A DNA stretch of 64,000 nt from Antedon mediterranea (Eukaryota; Animalia; Echinodermata), in contig NC_092680.1 in NCBI RefSeq assembly GCF_964355755.1, forward strand, positions 1,984,001 to 2,048,000. Direction: 5' to 3'. The position numbers were made by a program, and so were the translations under genes. Shown in pieces: positions 60,901 to 64,000 of the stretch. The notes below the pieces were generated by a model. That model was not told the DNA's origin, searched no databases, and saw nothing but the letters and a program-made list of their open reading frames with translations. Every line of letters starts with the position of its first letter. Position 1 is the stretch's first letter.

Positions 60901-61968
60901 CAGTACGGTTTTATTGATTTCATAATAACCTGTTATTGTAATTTACAATATATTTTAAAATGGTAAAAAAATATATTTTGCGATATTGATTGATAGATAT
61001 TGATGAATGTCAAACATTTGATCAAGCCTGCCCTCAAGATGGTGGCTGTATTAACACTGAAGGAAGTTTTGAGTGTGTCGGAGGCAATCCATTTGTTGAC
61101 CCAATCGAACCCATAAAACCAATTGTACATGTCATAAAAGAAGGTGAGTGGTAGTTTAAAAAGGTTTGAAACAATTATAAGATAATGGTGGGTGATCCCA
61201 TACGATAGGTTTAATTGTTTTTATTTAAGAATTCTCAGAGAATACCGCAATGTCATATTTGACCTTTAACACTATCAAACTAGTTTCACAAAAAAAGTGT
61301 GATGTGCCCAAATATAGTAGTGATATGCTTAAATATGGTAGTGATATGACATCATCATGTCCATATATGGGCACATCACATAAAGTTAGATAGTGTAGAC
61401 AGAGCTAAAGTCATCAAAGAGTTTCTGAAAAAACAAGAGTTGCTAACAAAATGTCATTTTTAACTTGTTTTTTTTAGGAAGTTGTCCAATGGTTTCATCA
61501 GACACAGTTGGTATTTGTGCCGAAATGTGTAGTGGAGATGAAGATTGTTTTGGTGTTCAGAAATGCTGCAGTAATGGCTGTGGTCATGCATGTGTACAAC
61601 CAGGTTAGTCATTTTAATTAGTTAGTGTCAATTTAATAAGATATTGAGTAACCTTTCCCATTTACAAAAGTTAGAAAAATGAAAATGAGATATTATGAAT
61701 GCATGGCAAAATAATAGTGCGCTATTATAAAAATTTATAAATAATAAATCGTGCCGGCATTATAACAAAATTTTAGTTGCAGTCCACAAAATTCACAATT
61801 TCCATTTAAAATAATTGTAATGGTATATTTATATACTATTTTCTATTTATTTTTCTATTGTAGTAGCAGTTTGTCCACCACTTTGCAAGATGGCCTGTCC
61901 TTTTGGAAATGTTTTAGATGAAAATAATTGTCCAATTTGTGAATGTAAACCAAACCCAAGTACTGTTG
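54983..61968 (+). CDS. Array of WAP exons (54983-55117, 56316-56441, 57436-57558, 59828-59953, 61478-61603), antistasin exons (56611-56721, 58096-58206, 58720-58824, 58942-59052, 60214-60318, 60592-60702, 61864-61968) and EGF-like exons (55434-55484+55673-55837, 56816-56860+57103-57252, 59149-59193+59347-59493, 60799-60843+60997-61143)
   Basis: WAP: KPGTCP...[28 protein letters not shown] (8 Cys). Antistasin: [28 protein letters not shown]-like: [40 protein letters not shown]. All exon lengths are multiples of 3 and phase 1-1. Confidence 0.88.
55851..56210. mobile_element. Inverted-repeat non-autonomous element with TA ends
   Basis: tatagagtat...gcgctggatggttgctagccaaccaaaaaatgcgttcagc is mirrored by gctgaacgcatttttggttgcgctagcaaccacgcagcgc...atactctata. 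Confidence 0.7.
58273..58398 (+). pseudogene. Orphan WAP exon lacking a splice acceptor
   Basis: Intact [41 protein letters not shown] with a donor GTTAGT. It is preceded by ...gtggtgtggt instead of the pyrimidine tract and AG seen in the paralogous exons. Confidence 0.6.
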
Positions 61969-62059
61969 GTGAGTTTTTGTTTTATTTATTTGTTATGTAT
62001 ATATTTTTTTTAATGATTTAATTAGTATTTTAAAATCCATGGTAAAATTTATATTTGTG
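58980..62059 (+). repeat. Recent ~1.43-kb intragenic tandem duplication (about 58980-60409 vs 60630-62059, offset 1650 bp)
   Basis: Exons and introns are nearly identical, including the same MITE copy at about 59617 and 61267. Confidence 0.92.
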
Positions 62060-62513
62060 TTTTTGTTTGATATCTATAAACATACACAAATTATATACAA
62101 TAAAGATAATAAGCTAATACTATTTTTTCCATTTAAATCTTACTGCTTATAAAGATTAATATTAAAACTTAATTGTTTTCATAATATAGTCCTGATATTC
62201 CCGACAAACTCCCAGGCCAATCAGCTGTAAATGAATACCTGGTTAAAAATACTAGGGAGAAGAAGGCTTCGTGGAAAGGAACTGGCCACCCTAAAGCGTA
62301 GTTCCCACTAGAGACGCAACACAAGGACGTAACGCAATGTAAGTTAGTTGACCAATCACAAGGGATTAATTATTCGAACTGTCGCTTGTCATTGGTCAAC
62401 ACTCTTGCGTTACATCCTAGTGGGTACCAAGCTTAACACATAAACCCTAACAGCTCATTCCCCTACATTCAGAATGAACACAAGACTCACCTTTACCCTT
62501 TTTTTAAATATAG

Positions 62514-64000
62514 TGTTAACTCACTGTCAAGAAAGAAACAGACAAGCAGAGATAGATATAAAAGCACGGGGAGGAAGACCACTTCTTGGATCGTTTGTTC
62601 CCAGATGTGATGAATATGGTGAATATGTTAAAGCACAGTGCCAAAGTAATGGTTTCTGTTTCTGTGTTAATGATGTCGGTGAAATAATGGTAGAAACAGT
62701 ACAAAGCCAGAGAGGTGTAATGCCAGTTTGTGATGGACCTGTTAATGGTGAGTTTGCTTCAGATCAGTGGCATTTCAAAGTGAAAACAGCCAAGTAAAAA
62801 CGGCCAAATTAAAACGGCTAAATGAAAACGGCCAAGTGAAAACGGCCAAGTGAAAACAACCAAATGGAAACAATCAAGTGAAAACGGCCAAGTCAAAACG
62901 GCCAAGTCAAAACGGCCAAGTCAAAACGGCCAAGTGGATAGCTTAGCATAATACATTTACAATCTTCTGTTTTTGTAGAAATAGGTTGTCCACCAAACTT
63001 CTTTTAAATAAAGTAAATTTCTGATGCAAACCGGATCCTAATAATGTATTTGTAAACACATTTTTTTCATTGATAGAACCAACTCACTGTCAACAAAAAC
63101 GCAAAGAATATCTGGATACTGGTTTAATTGGAGGTTTAGAACCACAGTGTGAAGATGATGGTTCCTATGTTGTCAGTCGATGTCATGGTGGAACAGGATT
63201 CTGTTTCTGTGTAGATGAAATCGGTGAAATTATTGAAGGAACTACAATGGATGTCAGAGGTGTTAAGGCTGACTGTTCACAGTATATAAATGTTGAGGAA
63301 ATAGGTAAATATTGTTAAAGCATTTTACTTTGAGTAATTGACAATTTGCTATAGTTACTGTACACAAAAACATGCGAGGACAAATTAAAATCCGTTTTTA
63401 TTTTCACTGAATTGTTATCAATAGAACTAACTCACTGTCAACAAAAACGCAAAGAATATCTTGATGCTGGTTTAATTGGAGGTTTAGAACCACAGTGTGG
63501 AGATGATGGTTCCTATGTTGTCAGTAGATGTCATGGTGGAACAGGATTCTGTTTCTGTGTTGATGAAATCGGTGAAATTATTGAAGGAACTACAATGGAT
63601 GTCAGAGGAGTTAAGGCTGACTGTTCACAGTATATAAATGTTGAGGAAATAGGTAAATATTGTTAAAGCGTTTTACTTTGAGTAATTGACAATTTGCTAT
63701 AGTTACTGTACACAAAAAACATCCGAGGACAAATTATAATCCGTTTTTATTTTCACTGAATTGTTATCAATAGAACTTATAACTCACTGTCAACAAAAAC
63801 GCAAAGAATATCTTGATGCTGGTTTAATTGGAGGTTTAGAGCCGCAGTGTGAAGATGATGGTTCCTATGTTGTCAGTAGATGTCATGGTGGAACAGGATT
63901 CTGTTTCTGTGTTGATGAAATCGGTGAAATTATTGAAGGAACTACAATGGATGTCAGAGGTGTTAAGGCTGACTGTTCACAGTATATAAATGTTGAGGAA
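62514..64000 (+). CDS. Thyroglobulin type-1 domain exons (62514-62747, 63077-63304, 63425-63652, 63774 to window end); the gene continues beyond the window
   Basis: THCQ...FVPRCDEYGEYVKAQCQSNGFCFCVNDVGE and THCQQKRK...EPQCEDDGSYVVSRCHGGTGFCFCVDEIGE match the thyroglobulin-1 pattern (CFCV variant of CWCV). The last three are near-identical tandem copies with a period of about 348 bp. Confidence 0.9.
62779..62937 (+). repeat. 14-bp tandem repeat GTSAAAACGGCCAA (~11 units)
   Basis: Direct reading of the intron after the first thyroglobulin exon. Confidence 0.85.

Noticed and set aside
62979-62984. Possible 6-nt micro-exon (ttttgtag|AAATAG|gttgt) in the TEP tail
   Set aside because: It is phase-compatible, but the donor is weak and it cannot be supported without transcript data.

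Overview
AT-rich, intron-rich animal genomic DNA, most likely a marine invertebrate; the species cannot be determined from the sequence alone. Four spliced genes were assembled by hand from GT-AG sites and codon phase. (1) A 3-exon Ly6/uPAR three-finger, probably GPI-anchored gene (+, 8994-11972). (2) Mitochondrial NAD-dependent isocitrate dehydrogenase alpha subunit IDH3A (+, 11 exons, 12771-24021). (3) An antisense gene nested in IDH3A intron 3 encoding a CABIT-like/pTyr-motif/PxxPxR/SAM adaptor (-, 14602-18068). (4) A very large thioester protein of the alpha-2-macroglobulin/TEP family (+, 31018 to beyond 64000, about 61 exons and about 2800 aa in the window). It has an intact GCGEQ thioester, a C3-like catalytic His and an RKKR processing site. 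It does not stop after the receptor-binding domain but continues through phase-1 exons encoding 6 EGF-like units, 2 Kunitz, 5(+1 orphan) WAP, 7 antistasin and at least 4 thyroglobulin type-1 domains, with recent tandem duplication. This TEP plus multi-class protease-inhibitor array is the standout. Non-coding DNA is dense in short repeats: about 30 copies of a TWA-flanked MITE, other MITEs, tRNA-derived SINEs, LINE 3' ends, Penelope-like ends with hammerhead cores, and minisatellites.
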